Below, piece by piece: positions 50,440 through 63,000 of a stretch of DNA of 64,000 nt. The notes beneath the pieces were generated by a model. That model saw nothing but the letters and a program-made list of their open reading frames with translations, was not told the origin of the DNA and did no database searches. Source of the DNA: Eledone cirrhosa (taxonomy: Eukaryota); NCBI GenBank assembly GCA_964016885.1, contig OZ024764.1:17422001-17486000 (forward strand), given 5' to 3'. Made by a program: the position numbers and the translations under genes. Within the stretch, counting starts at the first letter, position 1. Every line of letters begins with the position of its first letter.

Positions 50440-50485
<46 letters not shown>

Positions 50486-50489
<4 letters not shown>

Positions 50490-50728
50490 AAAGTTCTATT
50501 TAAATTGTTGGGATACAACAAGCAAATATTTTTATAACTGATATAAAGCACTCGACAAGTATTTGGAGTAGATATACGATATTAATAAATGGAAACTATA
50601 TTTATAAAACCATATTTATTTCATTATACATATTTCAAGGATACCAAGTTAAATTATGGTGTGCCTTCATCAGACAAAATACAATATATACCAGTTTTAT
50701 AAATAAACATTGACGTACCCTTTCAAAA
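50486..50728 (-). mobile_element. family B element end
   Basis: Reverse complement of 14500-14740 with scattered substitutions. Confidence 0.9.
50618..50680 (-). ncRNA. type I hammerhead ribozyme (family B)
   Basis: ATTTTGT-CTGATGA-AGGcacACCA..TGGTatCCTt-GAAA-TATGTA-TA^-ATGAAAT. Confidence 0.72.
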
Positions 50729-50824
50729 TACATACATATATATATATATATATATATGTATGTATATATATATGTATATATATATATGTATGTATATATA
50801 TATGTATGTATATATATATGTATG

Positions 50825-50889
<65 letters not shown>

Positions 50890-50928
50890 ATGTATATATA
50901 TATATATGTATGTATATATATATATATG

Positions 50929-50977
<49 letters not shown>

Positions 50978-51036
50978 ATATATATGTATATATATATATG
51001 TATGTATATATATATGTATGTATATATATATGTATG

Positions 51037-51088
<52 letters not shown>

Positions 51089-51138
51089 TATGTATGTGTA
51101 TGTATATATATATATATGTATGTATATATATATATATG

Positions 51139-51213
<75 letters not shown>

Positions 51214-51216
51214 ATA

Positions 51217-51290
<74 letters not shown>

Positions 51291-51380
51291 GATATATTAT
51301 CGCTTGTTTTTTGTATTTATTTTTGTTATATAATTTTTCTTTACACTCTTTTTCTTTCTTTTCCTATTTATTTATTTCAG

Positions 51381-52463
51381 ATGCCGCCACGCAAGCGGAA
51401 ACCGATTGGCCGTTGGCAGAACCGGAAGAAGAGGAAGGGGAAGGGGAAGAAGGGGAAGAAAGGCAAAAAGGGCAGGAGAGGCAGAAGGATCCGGAGAAAT
51501 AAGAAGACGAATCTCAGTTTGATACTCTTCAAGAAGATTCGTTTCAGGGCGAAACAGTGGCAGATTTTACAAGCCAGCCGGAAGAGTCATGTGATAATTC
51601 TGTCGGAAAGGATCATGCTGACAAAAAGACAACTAGATTTTTACAAACGTGAAGAAGAAAAGGCGAAAGAGTTTAAGAAACAGACACTGGAGGATTTAGA
51701 AAATGAAGAAGAGTCTTTGGCTATCGCCACAAGAGAATTTTTGTTGCGGTACGAAAAAATGGCGAAAGGCGCTCGAAAAGTTGACACAATCACGGAAGAA
51801 ATTATATTAAACGAACGACTGCCGGGAGCTCGACTGAGCCAAGAAATTAAACAGATTCGCACCATGGTCACGACTCTCAGCGACGAGATTAAGGTTTGCA
51901 GAGCGGAAATGCGGAGCGTGGAGGAATATCTAATTGAGAGATATGAACTAAATGATGTTAAGTTCACAAATCTTCTTCAATATTCGGAGAATTTGAAAGA
52001 ACTTGATGAGAAAGAAATGGCGGACGTACGAGAGTTGCTTGGACGGTATTTATTGGCGCATAAAACAGATTTCGAGAAACAAATCGAAGCATATTCAGCG
52101 CCGAACCTTCATAAGATTTTGCAAATGTCGTCGAATAAAATAAGATCAATGACAGTAAATAATAGTCTTTGTAGACAAACTATAGCTAAACTTCGATGCT
52201 GTGAAACCTTAAACAAGCTTCTCAACGCTCTGCTAAAGAGAGAAATTATTTATTTATTGTCGCTAGTTAAATGCGAATGTGTCGATGATGATGATGATGG
52301 TGGTGGTGGTGGTGGTGGTGAAGATGGCGGGGAAGGTGGAGATAAAGGCGGAGGCTGTGGGGAAAAATTGCTGCCAAGGGAGATAACCGTGTCCCAAAGC
52401 ATATGCAAGCCAGATGACGAAGTGGTACTGGACATACCAATAAAGATACACGTGCCTTTCTGA
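51381..52463 (+). CDS. C20orf96/DUF4618-like coiled-coil protein, 360 aa, K/R/G-rich N-terminus, single coding exon
   Basis: Uninterrupted non-repetitive ORF. C-terminus PRE...[19 protein letters not shown] and central [23 protein letters not shown] resemble C20orf96 as I recall it (CTPDMDVILNIP...LPF). A polypyrimidine tract + TTTCAG acceptor lies directly before the ATG. The ORF-track extension to 50760 is microsatellite. Confidence 0.85.
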   Translation: MPPRKRKPIGRWQNRKKRKGKGKKGKKGKKGRRGRRIRRNKKTNLSLILFKKIRFRAKQWQILQASRKSHVIILSERIMLTKRQLDFYKREEEKAKEFKKQTLEDLENEEESLAIATREFLLRYEKMAKGARKVDTITEEIILNERLPGARLSQEIKQIRTMVTTLSDEIKVCRAEMRSVEEYLIERYELNDVKFTNLLQYSENLKELDEKEMADVRELLGRYLLAHKTDFEKQIEAYSAPNLHKILQMSSNKIRSMTVNNSLCRQTIAKLRCCETLNKLLNALLKREIIYLLSLVKCECVDDDDDGGGGGGGEDGGEGGDKGGGCGEKLLPREITVSQSICKPDDEVVLDIPIKIHVPF

Positions 52464-52668
52464 CGAAACATGTTGTTGTTGTTGTTGTTGTTGTTTGTGG
52501 TGGTGATGGTGGTGGTGGTGTTGTTGGTGCAGTGAAGTGAGGTAGTGCTGCAGGTGGTAGGATGACATGGAATATTGTATATACATATATATATGTGTGT
52601 ATATGTATATATATATAAATAAATATATATATATACACACACGTGTGTGTGTGTATATATATAAATAA

Positions 52669-52723
<55 letters not shown>

Positions 52724-52851
52724 AAGTTATATTTAAATTGTTGGGTTAACAACGAGTAAATATTTATAACTGATATAAAAGCACTCAACAAGTATTTGGA
52801 GTATATTTATGATATTAAATAAATGGAAACTATATTTATAAAACCATATTT

Positions 52852-52912
52852 ATTTCGTTATATATATTTCAGGGATATATTAACAATATGTTATGCCATC
52901 TTCAGACAAAAT
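52852..52912 (-). ncRNA. type I hammerhead ribozyme (family B, stem II with small deletion)
   Basis: ATTTTGT-CTGAAGA-tgg...ccct-GAAA-TATATA-TA^-ACGAAAT. Confidence 0.62.
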
Positions 52913-53103
52913 ACAATATAAACAGTCTTATAAATAAATAGATACGACATACCTTTCAATCACCTTGCATTTGGGAGGTTGATTTGGCAGTAAATTGTCC
53001 ACAATATTGTCCACAATATTTTTTACTGCCAAATCAACCTCCCAAATGCAAGGTGATTGAAAGGTATGTCGTATCTATTTATTTATAAGACTGTTTATAT
53101 TGT

Positions 53104-53167
53104 ATTTTGTCTGAAGATGGCATAACATATTGTTAATATGATATCCATGAAATATATATAACGAAAT
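53104..53167 (+). ncRNA. type I hammerhead ribozyme (family B)
   Basis: ATTTTGT-CTGAAGA-TGGcataaCATATTgttAATATGatatCCAt-GAAA-TATATA-TA^-ACGAAAT. Confidence 0.75.
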
Positions 53168-53205
53168 AAATATGGTTTTATAAATATAGTTTCCATTTAT
53201 TTAAT

Positions 53206-53247
<42 letters not shown>

Positions 53248-53250
<3 letters not shown>

Positions 53251-53520
53251 AGGGAGTGTAACTTGGAGTTACTGTAGGTTCACCCGGGTGAACACTCGAT
53301 GTTTAGGTTCACTTCTGTGTCGAGGTGTAGAGCTAGACAGAGTGTATTATAGTGAAAAGATAACAAGGACATTTGGTTACTCCTTCATTACATTTATTGG
53401 TAGGAGACGCGCGATTAGATCGATACAGATCGAACCTTGAGCTGATTAGTGGCGAAACGCGCGTCACCAACCAATAAACGTAATGAAGGAGTAACCAATC
53501 GTCCTTGTTATCTTTTCAAT
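53248..53520. mobile_element. family E element end, imperfect fold-back, hammerhead 3' half
   Basis: 53353-53412 is approximately the reverse complement of 53458-53518; GAAACGCGCGTC^acc at 53454-53468 (palindromic stem III, GUC). Confidence 0.8.
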
Positions 53521-53724
53521 ATATATATATATAGATGTATATATTTATTTATCTATCTATCTATATATATATACATATATATATATATACAAACATACAC
53601 ACATATATACATCCACACATATATATATGCGTATATAGATACGCATATATATTCCATGTACTGTGCCTTTAATTTTTGTTAGTTCTGTTTAACTTTTACA
53701 CACACACACGTCACATGCATATAT

Positions 53725-53781
<57 letters not shown>

Positions 53782-53819
53782 CCTATATACATATTATATA
53801 CATGTATACGTACATATAC

Positions 53820-53925
<106 letters not shown>

Positions 53926-53940
53926 CTATATATATAAATG

Positions 53941-53971
<31 letters not shown>

Positions 53972-53991
53972 GTATATATACATATATATAT

Positions 53992-54179
<188 letters not shown>

Positions 54180-54226
54180 TATACCTATATACATATTATA
54201 TACATGTATACGTACATATACATGTG

Positions 54227-54311
<85 letters not shown>

Positions 54312-54359
54312 CTATATATATAAATGTATATATATATATATATACACATGTATATATAC

Positions 54360-54615
<256 letters not shown>

Positions 54616-54821
54616 TATATATATACATATATATATACATACATGCATATATATTTATATATATACACACACACACACAGTTGAAAGCTAGACAGATAGA
54701 AAAATAGATGGATAGATGCCTGAAATAAAGAGATAGATCCATAGAAAAAAGAGAAAGAGAGAGAGAGAAGATGACGTCATTGCCCAGTTTCTACATCGAA
54801 GAGATTTGGCGTGCGTGTGTG

Positions 54822-54887
<66 letters not shown>

Positions 54888-54928
54888 GAAAATAAAACAA
54901 AGAAGCCTTCAATACATCAAAAGTCTTT

Positions 54929-54973
54929 ATTAGCCAACAATGTTTCGTCCTATTAAGGACTCATCAGGGCAAT
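54929..54973 (-). ncRNA. minimal type I hammerhead ribozyme with canonical core
   Basis: ATTGCC-CTGATGA-GTCCT-taat-AGGAC-GAAA-CATTG-TT^-GGCtAAT, in a ~115-bp island between TA tracts. Confidence 0.8.
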
Positions 54974-55024
54974 TAAAACACGCACCAGTATTTTAATCCT
55001 TATATATATATATATGTGTGTGTG

Positions 55025-55075
<51 letters not shown>

Positions 55076-55146
55076 ACATGTTAGACCGTGTGTGTGGGTG
55101 ATTGTCTTAGACTGAATTAGCTTTTGGAGTGGATTCGAAGTTCTGG

Positions 55147-55300
55147 TAATAGTAATAGTAGTAGTAGTAGTAGTAGTAGTAGTAGCAGCAGCAGCAGCAG
55201 CATTAGTAGTAGTAGTAGTAGTAGCAGCAGTAGTAGTAGCAGTAGTAGTAGTAGTAGTAGTAGTAGTACCAGCAGCAGCAGTAGTAGTAGCAGCAGCAGC

Positions 55301-55331
<31 letters not shown>

Positions 55332-55505
55332 ATAGTACCAGCAGTAGTAGTAGCAGCAGTAGTAGCAGCAGCAGTAGTAGTAGCAGCAGTAGCAGTAGTA
55401 GTAGCAGTAGCAGCAGCAGTAGTAGTAGTAGCAGCAGTAGTAGTAGTAGTAGTAGCAGTAATAGTAGTAGCAGTAGTAGTTGTAGTTGTAGTAGTTGTTG
55501 CAGTT
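55147..55505. repeat. (AGT/AGC)n tract
   Basis: Direct reading. Confidence 0.95.
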
Positions 55506-55602
55506 GCATCTAGAAATGCAACTGTGCACGAGTTGTATTTGTTGGCAGGCTGACTCTTCGACTAACTAATTTAATTTAATTTAATTTAATGTAATTTAAT
55601 TT

Positions 55603-57075
55603 AGGGGAGATAATTTCCAGCCGGCCAAGGGGAGATAATTTCCAGCCGGCCAAGGGGAGATAATTTCCAGCCGGCCAAGGAGAGATAATATCCAGCCGGC
55701 CAAGGGGAGATAATTTCCAGCCGGCCAAGGGGAGATAATTTCCAGCCGGCCAAGGGGAGATAATTTCCAGCCAGCCAAGGGGAGATAATTTCCAGTCGGC
55801 CAAGGGGAGATAATTTCCAGCCGGCCAAGGGGAGATAATTTCCAGCCGGCCAAGAAAATATCTCCCCTTGGCTGGAAATGATCTCCCCTTGGCTGGAAAT
55901 TATTTCCCCTTGATGGAAATTATCTCCCCTTGGCTGGAAATTATCTCCCATTGGCTGGAAATTATCTCCCCTTGCCTGGAAATTATCTCCCCTTGGCTGG
56001 AAATTATCTCCCATTGGCTGGAAATTATCTCCCCTTGCCTGGAAATTATCTCCCATTGGCTGGAAATTATCTCCCCTTGCCTGGAAATTATCTCCCCTTG
56101 GCTGGAAATTATCTCCCCTTGTCTGGAAATTATCTCCCCTTGCCTGGAAATTATCTCCCCTTGGCTGGTAATTATCTCCCCTTGGCTGGAAATTATCTCC
56201 TCTTGATTGGAAATTATCTCCCCTTGCGTGGAAATTATCTCCCCTTGCCAGGAAATTATCTCCCCTTGGCTGGAAATTATCTCCCTTTGGCTAGAAATTA
56301 TCTCCCCTGGCGTGGAAATTATCTCCCCTTGCCAGGAAATTATCTCCCCTTGGCTGGAAATTATCTCCCCTTCGCTGGAAATTATCTCCCCTTGGCTGGA
56401 AATTGTCACCCCTTGGTTGGAAAGTATCTCCCTTGGCTGGAAATTATCTCCCCTTGGCTGGAAATTATCTCCCCTTGACTGGAAATTGTCTCCCCTTGGG
56501 GTGGAAATTATCTCCCCTTGGCTGGAAATTATTACCCGATTACCTTCCCTTTCCCGATTACCTCCCCTTTTGCAGATTAATTCCCCTTTTCCCGATTACA
56601 TCCCCTTTTCCCGATTAATTCCCTTTTTCACGCTTATCTCCCCTTTTCCCGCTTATCTCCCATTTTCCCGATTATCTCCCCTTTTCCCGTTTATCTCCCC
56701 TTTTCGCGCTTATCTCCCCTTTTCCCGATTATCTCCCCTTTTCCCCGCTTATCTACCATTTTCCCGCTTATCTCACCTTTTCCCGATTATCTACCCTTTT
56801 CCCGATTATCTCCCCCTTTCCGATTATCTCCCCTTTTCACGATTATCTCCCCTTTTCCCGATTATCTCCCCTTTTCCCGCTTATCTCCTTTTTTCCCGAT
56901 TATCTCCCCTTTTCCCGCTTATCTCCCTTTTCCCGATTATCTCCCCTTTCCCCATTATCTCCCCTTTTCCCGCTTATCTCCCCTTTTCCCGCTTATCTCC
57001 GCTTTTCCAGATTATCTCCCCTTTTCCCGATTATCTCCCCTTTTCCCGATTATCTCCCTTTTCCCGATTATCTCT
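55603..57075. repeat. TTATCTCCCC-core minisatellite: 25-bp units (inverted block), then 21-bp, then 19-bp units
   Basis: GGGGAGATAATTTCCAGCCGGCCAA x10 (55603-55853); TTATCTCCCCTTGGCTGGAAA (55860-56530); TTATCTCCCCTTTTCCCGA (56530-57075). Confidence 0.95.
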
Positions 57076-60000
57076 CCATCGAATAAACGAGTTTTCTTCA
57101 TTTAGAAGCCATTTCTGTATTAAATATGGCATATACTCTACTAATACCCCTCATATTGATGAGTTTTACTCTTGTAGAAGCCATTTCTGCATTAATTATT
57201 GCATATACACAACTATTTGATTGGAATTAAAGAGATTTTGTCCTGTAGAAGCCATATCTGTATTAAATATTGTATAGACACTACTATTTCCATTGAATAA
57301 ATGAGTTTTCTGCATTTAGAAGCCATTTCTGTATTAAATATGGGATATAATCTACTAATACCACTCATATTGATGAGTATTCGTCTGGTATTAGCCATAT
57401 CTGTTTTAAATATTGCTTATACACTAATATTTCCATCGAATAAATGAGTTTTCTGCATTTAGAAACAATTTCTGTATTAAATATGTTATATACTCTACTA
57501 ATACCCCTCATATTAATGACTTTTAGTCCTGTAGAAGCCATATCTGTATTAAATATTGCATATATACTACTATATGATTGGAATTAAAGAGTTCTAGTCC
57601 TTTAGTACCCATTTCTGTATTAAATATCTCATATAATCAACTAATATCCATCATATTAATGAGTTTTAGTCTTGTAGAAGCCATATCTGTATTAAATATT
57701 GGATATACACTACTATTTACATTGAATAAATGAATTCTCTGCATTAAATATGGCATATAACTACTAATATCACTCATATTGATGACTATTAGTCCTGTAG
57801 AAGCCATTTCTGTATTAAATATTGCATATACACTACTGTTTCCATCGAATAAACGAGTTTTCTGCATATAGAAGCCATTTCTGTAATAAATATGGCATAT
57901 AAGCTACTAATACCCGTCATATTAATGAGTTTTACTCCTGTAGAAGCCATTTCTGTATTAATTATTGCATATACACTACTATTTCCATCGAATTAATGAG
58001 TTCCCTGCATTTAGAAGCCATTTCCATATTAAATATGGCATATAATCTATTAATACGCCTCATATTAATAAGTTTTACTCTTGTAGAAGCCATTTCTGCA
58101 TTAACTATTGCATATACACTACTATTTGATTGGAATTAAAGAGTTTTAGTCCTGTAGAAGCCATATCTGTATTAAATATTGCATATACACTACTATTTCC
58201 ATCGAATAAATGAGTTTTCTGCATTTAGAAGCCATTTCTGTATTAAATATGGCATATACTCTACTAATATCCCTCATATTGATGAGTAGTAGTCCTGTAG
58301 AAGCCATTTCTGTATTAAATATTGGATATACACTACTATTTCCATCGAATAAATGAGTTCCCTGCATTTAGAAGTCTTTTCCATAGTGAATATGGCATAT
58401 AATCTACTAATACCCCTCATATTAATGAGTTATAGTCCTGTAGAAGCCATATCTGTATTAAATATTGGATATATACTACTATTTGTTTGGAATTAAAGAG
58501 TTCTAGTCCTTTAGAACCCATTTCTGTATTAATTATGTCATATAATCTACTAATATCCGTCATATTAATGAGTTTTAGTCCTGTAGAAGCCATATCTTTA
58601 TTAAATATTGGATATACACTACTATTTACTTCGAATAAATGAATTCTCTGCATTTAGAAGCCATTTCTGTTTTAAATATGGCATATACTGTACTAATACC
58701 TCTAATATTGATGAGTATTAGTGCTGTAGAAGCCATTTCTGTATTAAATATTGGATATACACTACTATTTCCATTGAATAAATGAGTTTTCTGTATGTAG
58801 AAGCCATTTCTGTAATAAATATGGCATATACTGTACTAATACCCCTCATATTAATAAGTTTTACTGCTGTAGAAGCCATTTCTGCATTAACTATTGCATA
58901 TACACTACTATTTGATTGGAATTAAAGACTTTTAGTCCTGTAGAAGCCATATCTGTATTAAATATTGCATATACACTACTATATCCATCGAATAAATGAG
59001 GTTTCTGCATATAGAAGCCATTTCTGTATTAAATATGGCATATAATCTACTAATATCCATCATATTAATAAGTTTTAGTCCTGTAGAGGCCATATCTGTA
59101 TTAAATATTGCATATACACTACTATTTCAATCGATTAAATGAGTTTTGTGTATTTAGATACCATTTCTGTATTAAATATGGCATATACTCTAATAATGCC
59201 CCTTATATTAATGAGTTTTAGTCCTGTAGAAGCCATATCTGTATTAAATATGGCATATACACTGCTATTTCCATCCAATAAATGAGTTTTCTGCATTTAG
59301 AAGCATTTTCTGTATTAAATATGGCATATACACTACTATTTCCATCCAATAAATGACTTTTCTGCATTTAGAAGCCATTTCTGTATTAAATATGGCATAT
59401 ACACTGTAATTCCCATCCAATAAATGAGTTTTCTGCATTTAGAAGCCATTTCTGTATTAAATATGGCATATACACTACTATTTCCATCCAATAAATGTGT
59501 TTTCTGCATTTAGAAGCCATTTCTGTATTATATATGGCATATACACTGTAATTCCCATCCAATAAATGAGTTTTCTGCATTTAGAAGCCATTTCTGTATT
59601 AAATATGGCATATACACTGTATTCCCATCCAATAAATGAGTTTTCTGCATTTAGAAGCCATTTCTGTATTAAATATGGCATATACACAGTAATTCCCATC
59701 CAATAAATGAGTTTTCTGCATTTAGAAGCCATTTCTGTATTAAATATGGCATATACACTACTATTTCCATCCAATAAATGAGTTTTCTGCATTTAGAAGC
59801 CATTTCTGTATTAAATATGTCATATACACTGTAATTCCCATCCAATAAATGAGTTTTCTGCATTTAGAAGCCATTTCTGTATTAAATATGGCATATACAC
59901 TGTAATTCCCATCCAATAAATGAGTTTTCTGCATTTAGAAGCCATTTCTGTATTAAATATGGCATATACACTGTAATTCCCATCCAATAAATGAGTTTTC

Positions 60001-63000
60001 TGCATTTAGAAGCCATTTCTGTATTAAATATGGCATATACACTGTAATTCCCATCCAATAAATGAGTTTTCTGCATTTAGAAGCCATTTCTGTATTAAAT
60101 ATGGCATATACACTGTAATTCCCATCCAATAAATGAGTTTTCTGCATTTAGAAGCCATTTCTGTATTAAATATGGCATATACACTACTATTTCCATCCAA
60201 TAAATGAGTTTTCTGCATTTAGAAGCCATTTCTGTATTAAATATGGCATATACACTGTAATTCCCATCCAATAAATGGGTTTTCTGCATTTAGAAGCCAT
60301 TTCTGTATTAAATATGGCATATACACTACTATTTCCATCCAATAAATGAGTTTTCTGCATTTAGAAGCCATTTCTGTATTAAATATGGCATATACACTAC
60401 TATTTCCATCCAATAAATGAGTTTTCTGCATTTAGAAGCCATTTCTGTATTAAATATGGCATATACACTGTAATTCCCATCCAATAAATGAGTTTTCTGC
60501 ATTTAGAAGCCATTTCTGTATTAAATATGGCATATACACTACTATTTCCATCTAATAAATGAGTTTTCTGCATTTAGAAGCCATTTCTGTATTAAATATG
60601 GCATATACACTGTAATTTCCCTCCAATAAATGAGTTTTCTGCATTTAGAAGCAATTTCTGTATTAAATATGGCATATACACTGTAATTCCCATCCAATAA
60701 ATGAGTTTTCTGCATTTAGAAGCATTTCTGTATTAAATATGGCATATACACTGTAATTCCCATCCAATAAATGAGTTTTCTGCATTTAGAAGCCATTTCT
60801 GTATTAAATATGGCATATACACTGTAATTCCCATCCAATAAATGAGTTTTCTGCATTTAGAAGCCATTTCTGTATTAAATATGGCATATACACTGTAATT
60901 CCCATCCAATAAATGAGTTTTCTGCATTTAGAAGCCATTTCTGTATTAAATATGGCATATACACTACTATTTCCATCCAATAAATGAGTTTTCTGCATTT
61001 AGAAGCCATTTCTGTATTAAATATGGCATATACACTACTATTTCCATCCAATAAATGAGTTTTCTGCATTTAGAAGCCATTTCTGTATTAAATATGGCAT
61101 ATACACTACTATTTCCATCCAATAAATGAGTTTTCTGCATTTAGAAGCCATTTCTGTATTAAATATGGCATATACACTGTAATTCCCATCCAATAAATGA
61201 GTTTTCTGCATTTAGAAGCCATTTCTGTATTAAATATGGCATATACACTGTAATTCCCATCCAATAAATGAGTTTTCTGCATTTAGAAGCCATTTCTGTA
61301 TTAAATATGGCATATACACTACTATTTCCATCCAATAAATGAGTTTTCTGCATTTAGAAGCCATTTCTGTATATAATATGGCATATACACTACTATTTCC
61401 ATCCAATAAATGAGTTTTCTGCATTAGAAGCCATTTCTGTATTAAATATGGCATATACACTACTATTTCCATCCAATAAATGAGTTTTCTGCATTTAGAA
61501 GCCATTTCTGTAATTAAATATGGCATATACACTACTATTTCCATCCAATAAATGAGTTTTCTGCATTTAGAAGCCATTTCTGTATTAAATATGGCATATA
61601 CACTGTAATTCCCATCCAATAAATGAGTTTTCTGCATTTAGAAGCCATTTCTGTATTAAATATGGCATATACACTGTAATTCCCATCCAATAAATGAGTT
61701 TTCTGCATTTAGAAGCCATTTCTGTATTAAATATGGCATATACACAGTAATTCCCATCCAATAAATGAGTTTTCTGCATTTAGAAGCCATTTCTGTATTA
61801 AATATGGCATATACACTACTATTTCCATCCAATAAATGAGTTTTCTGCATTTAGAAGCCATTTCTGTATTAAATATGGCATATACACTGTAATTCCCATC
61901 CAATAAATGAGTTTTCTGCATTTAGAAGCCATTTCTGTATTAAATATGGCATATACACTACTATTTCCATCCAATAAATGAGTTTTCTGCATTTAGAAGC
62001 CATTTCTGTATTAAATATGGCATATACACTGTAATTCCCATCCAATAAATGAGTTTTCTGCATTTAGAAGCCATTTCTGTATTAAATATGGCATATACAC
62101 TGTAATTCCCATCCAATAAATGAGTTTTCTGCATTTAGAAGCCATTTCTGTATTAAATATGGCATATACACTACTATTTCCATCCAATAAATGAGTTTTC
62201 TGCATTTAGAAGCCATTTCTGTATTAAATATGGCATATACACTACTATTTCCATCCAATAAATGAGTTTTCTGCATTTAGAAGCCATTTCTGTATTAAAT
62301 ATGGCATATACACTGTAATTCCCATCCAATAAATGAGTTTTCTGCATTAGAAGCCATTTCTGTATTAAATATGGCATTATACACTACTATTCCATCCAAT
62401 AAATGAGTTTTCTGCATTTAGAAGCCATTTCTGTATTAAATATGGCATATACACTGTAATTCCCATCCAATAAATGAGTTTTCTGCATTTAGAAGCCATT
62501 TCTGTATTAAATATGGCATATACACAGTAATTCCCATCCAATAAATGAGTTTTCTGCATTTAGAAGCCATTTCTGTATTAAATATGGCATATAAACTACT
62601 ATTTCCATCCAATAAATGAGTTTTCTGCATTTAGAAGCCATTTCTGTATTAAATATGGCATATACACTGTAATTCCCATCCAATAAATGAGTTTTCTGCA
62701 TTTAGAAGCCATTTCTGTATTAAATATGGCATATACACAGTAATTCCATCCAATAAATGACTTTTTCTGCATTTAGAAGCCATTTCTGTATTAAATATGG
62801 CATATACACTACTATTTCCATCCAATAAATGAGTTTTCTGCATTTAGAAGCCATTTCTGTATTAAATATGGCATATACACTGTAATTCCCATCCAATAAA
62901 TGAGTTTTCTGCATTTAGAAGCCATTTCTGTATTAAATATGGCATATACACTGTAATTCCCATCCAATAAATGAGTTTTCTGCATTTAGAAGCCATTTCT

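Larger units (their letters stand above)
52721..53210 (-). mobile_element. family B element end, fold-back palindrome (~185-bp arms)
   Basis: 52808-52994 is approximately the reverse complement of 53021-53210; centre has duplicated ATTGTCCACAAT; tail 52721-52807. Confidence 0.9.

Noticed and set aside
50760-51380. N-terminal extension of the 567-aa ORF
   Set aside because: It is (TA)n plus a polypyrimidine tract ending in a splice acceptor, so it is intronic.
55576-57220. LEIISPW/GNYLPLA repeat proteins
   Set aside because: They are frames of the 19-25-bp minisatellite.
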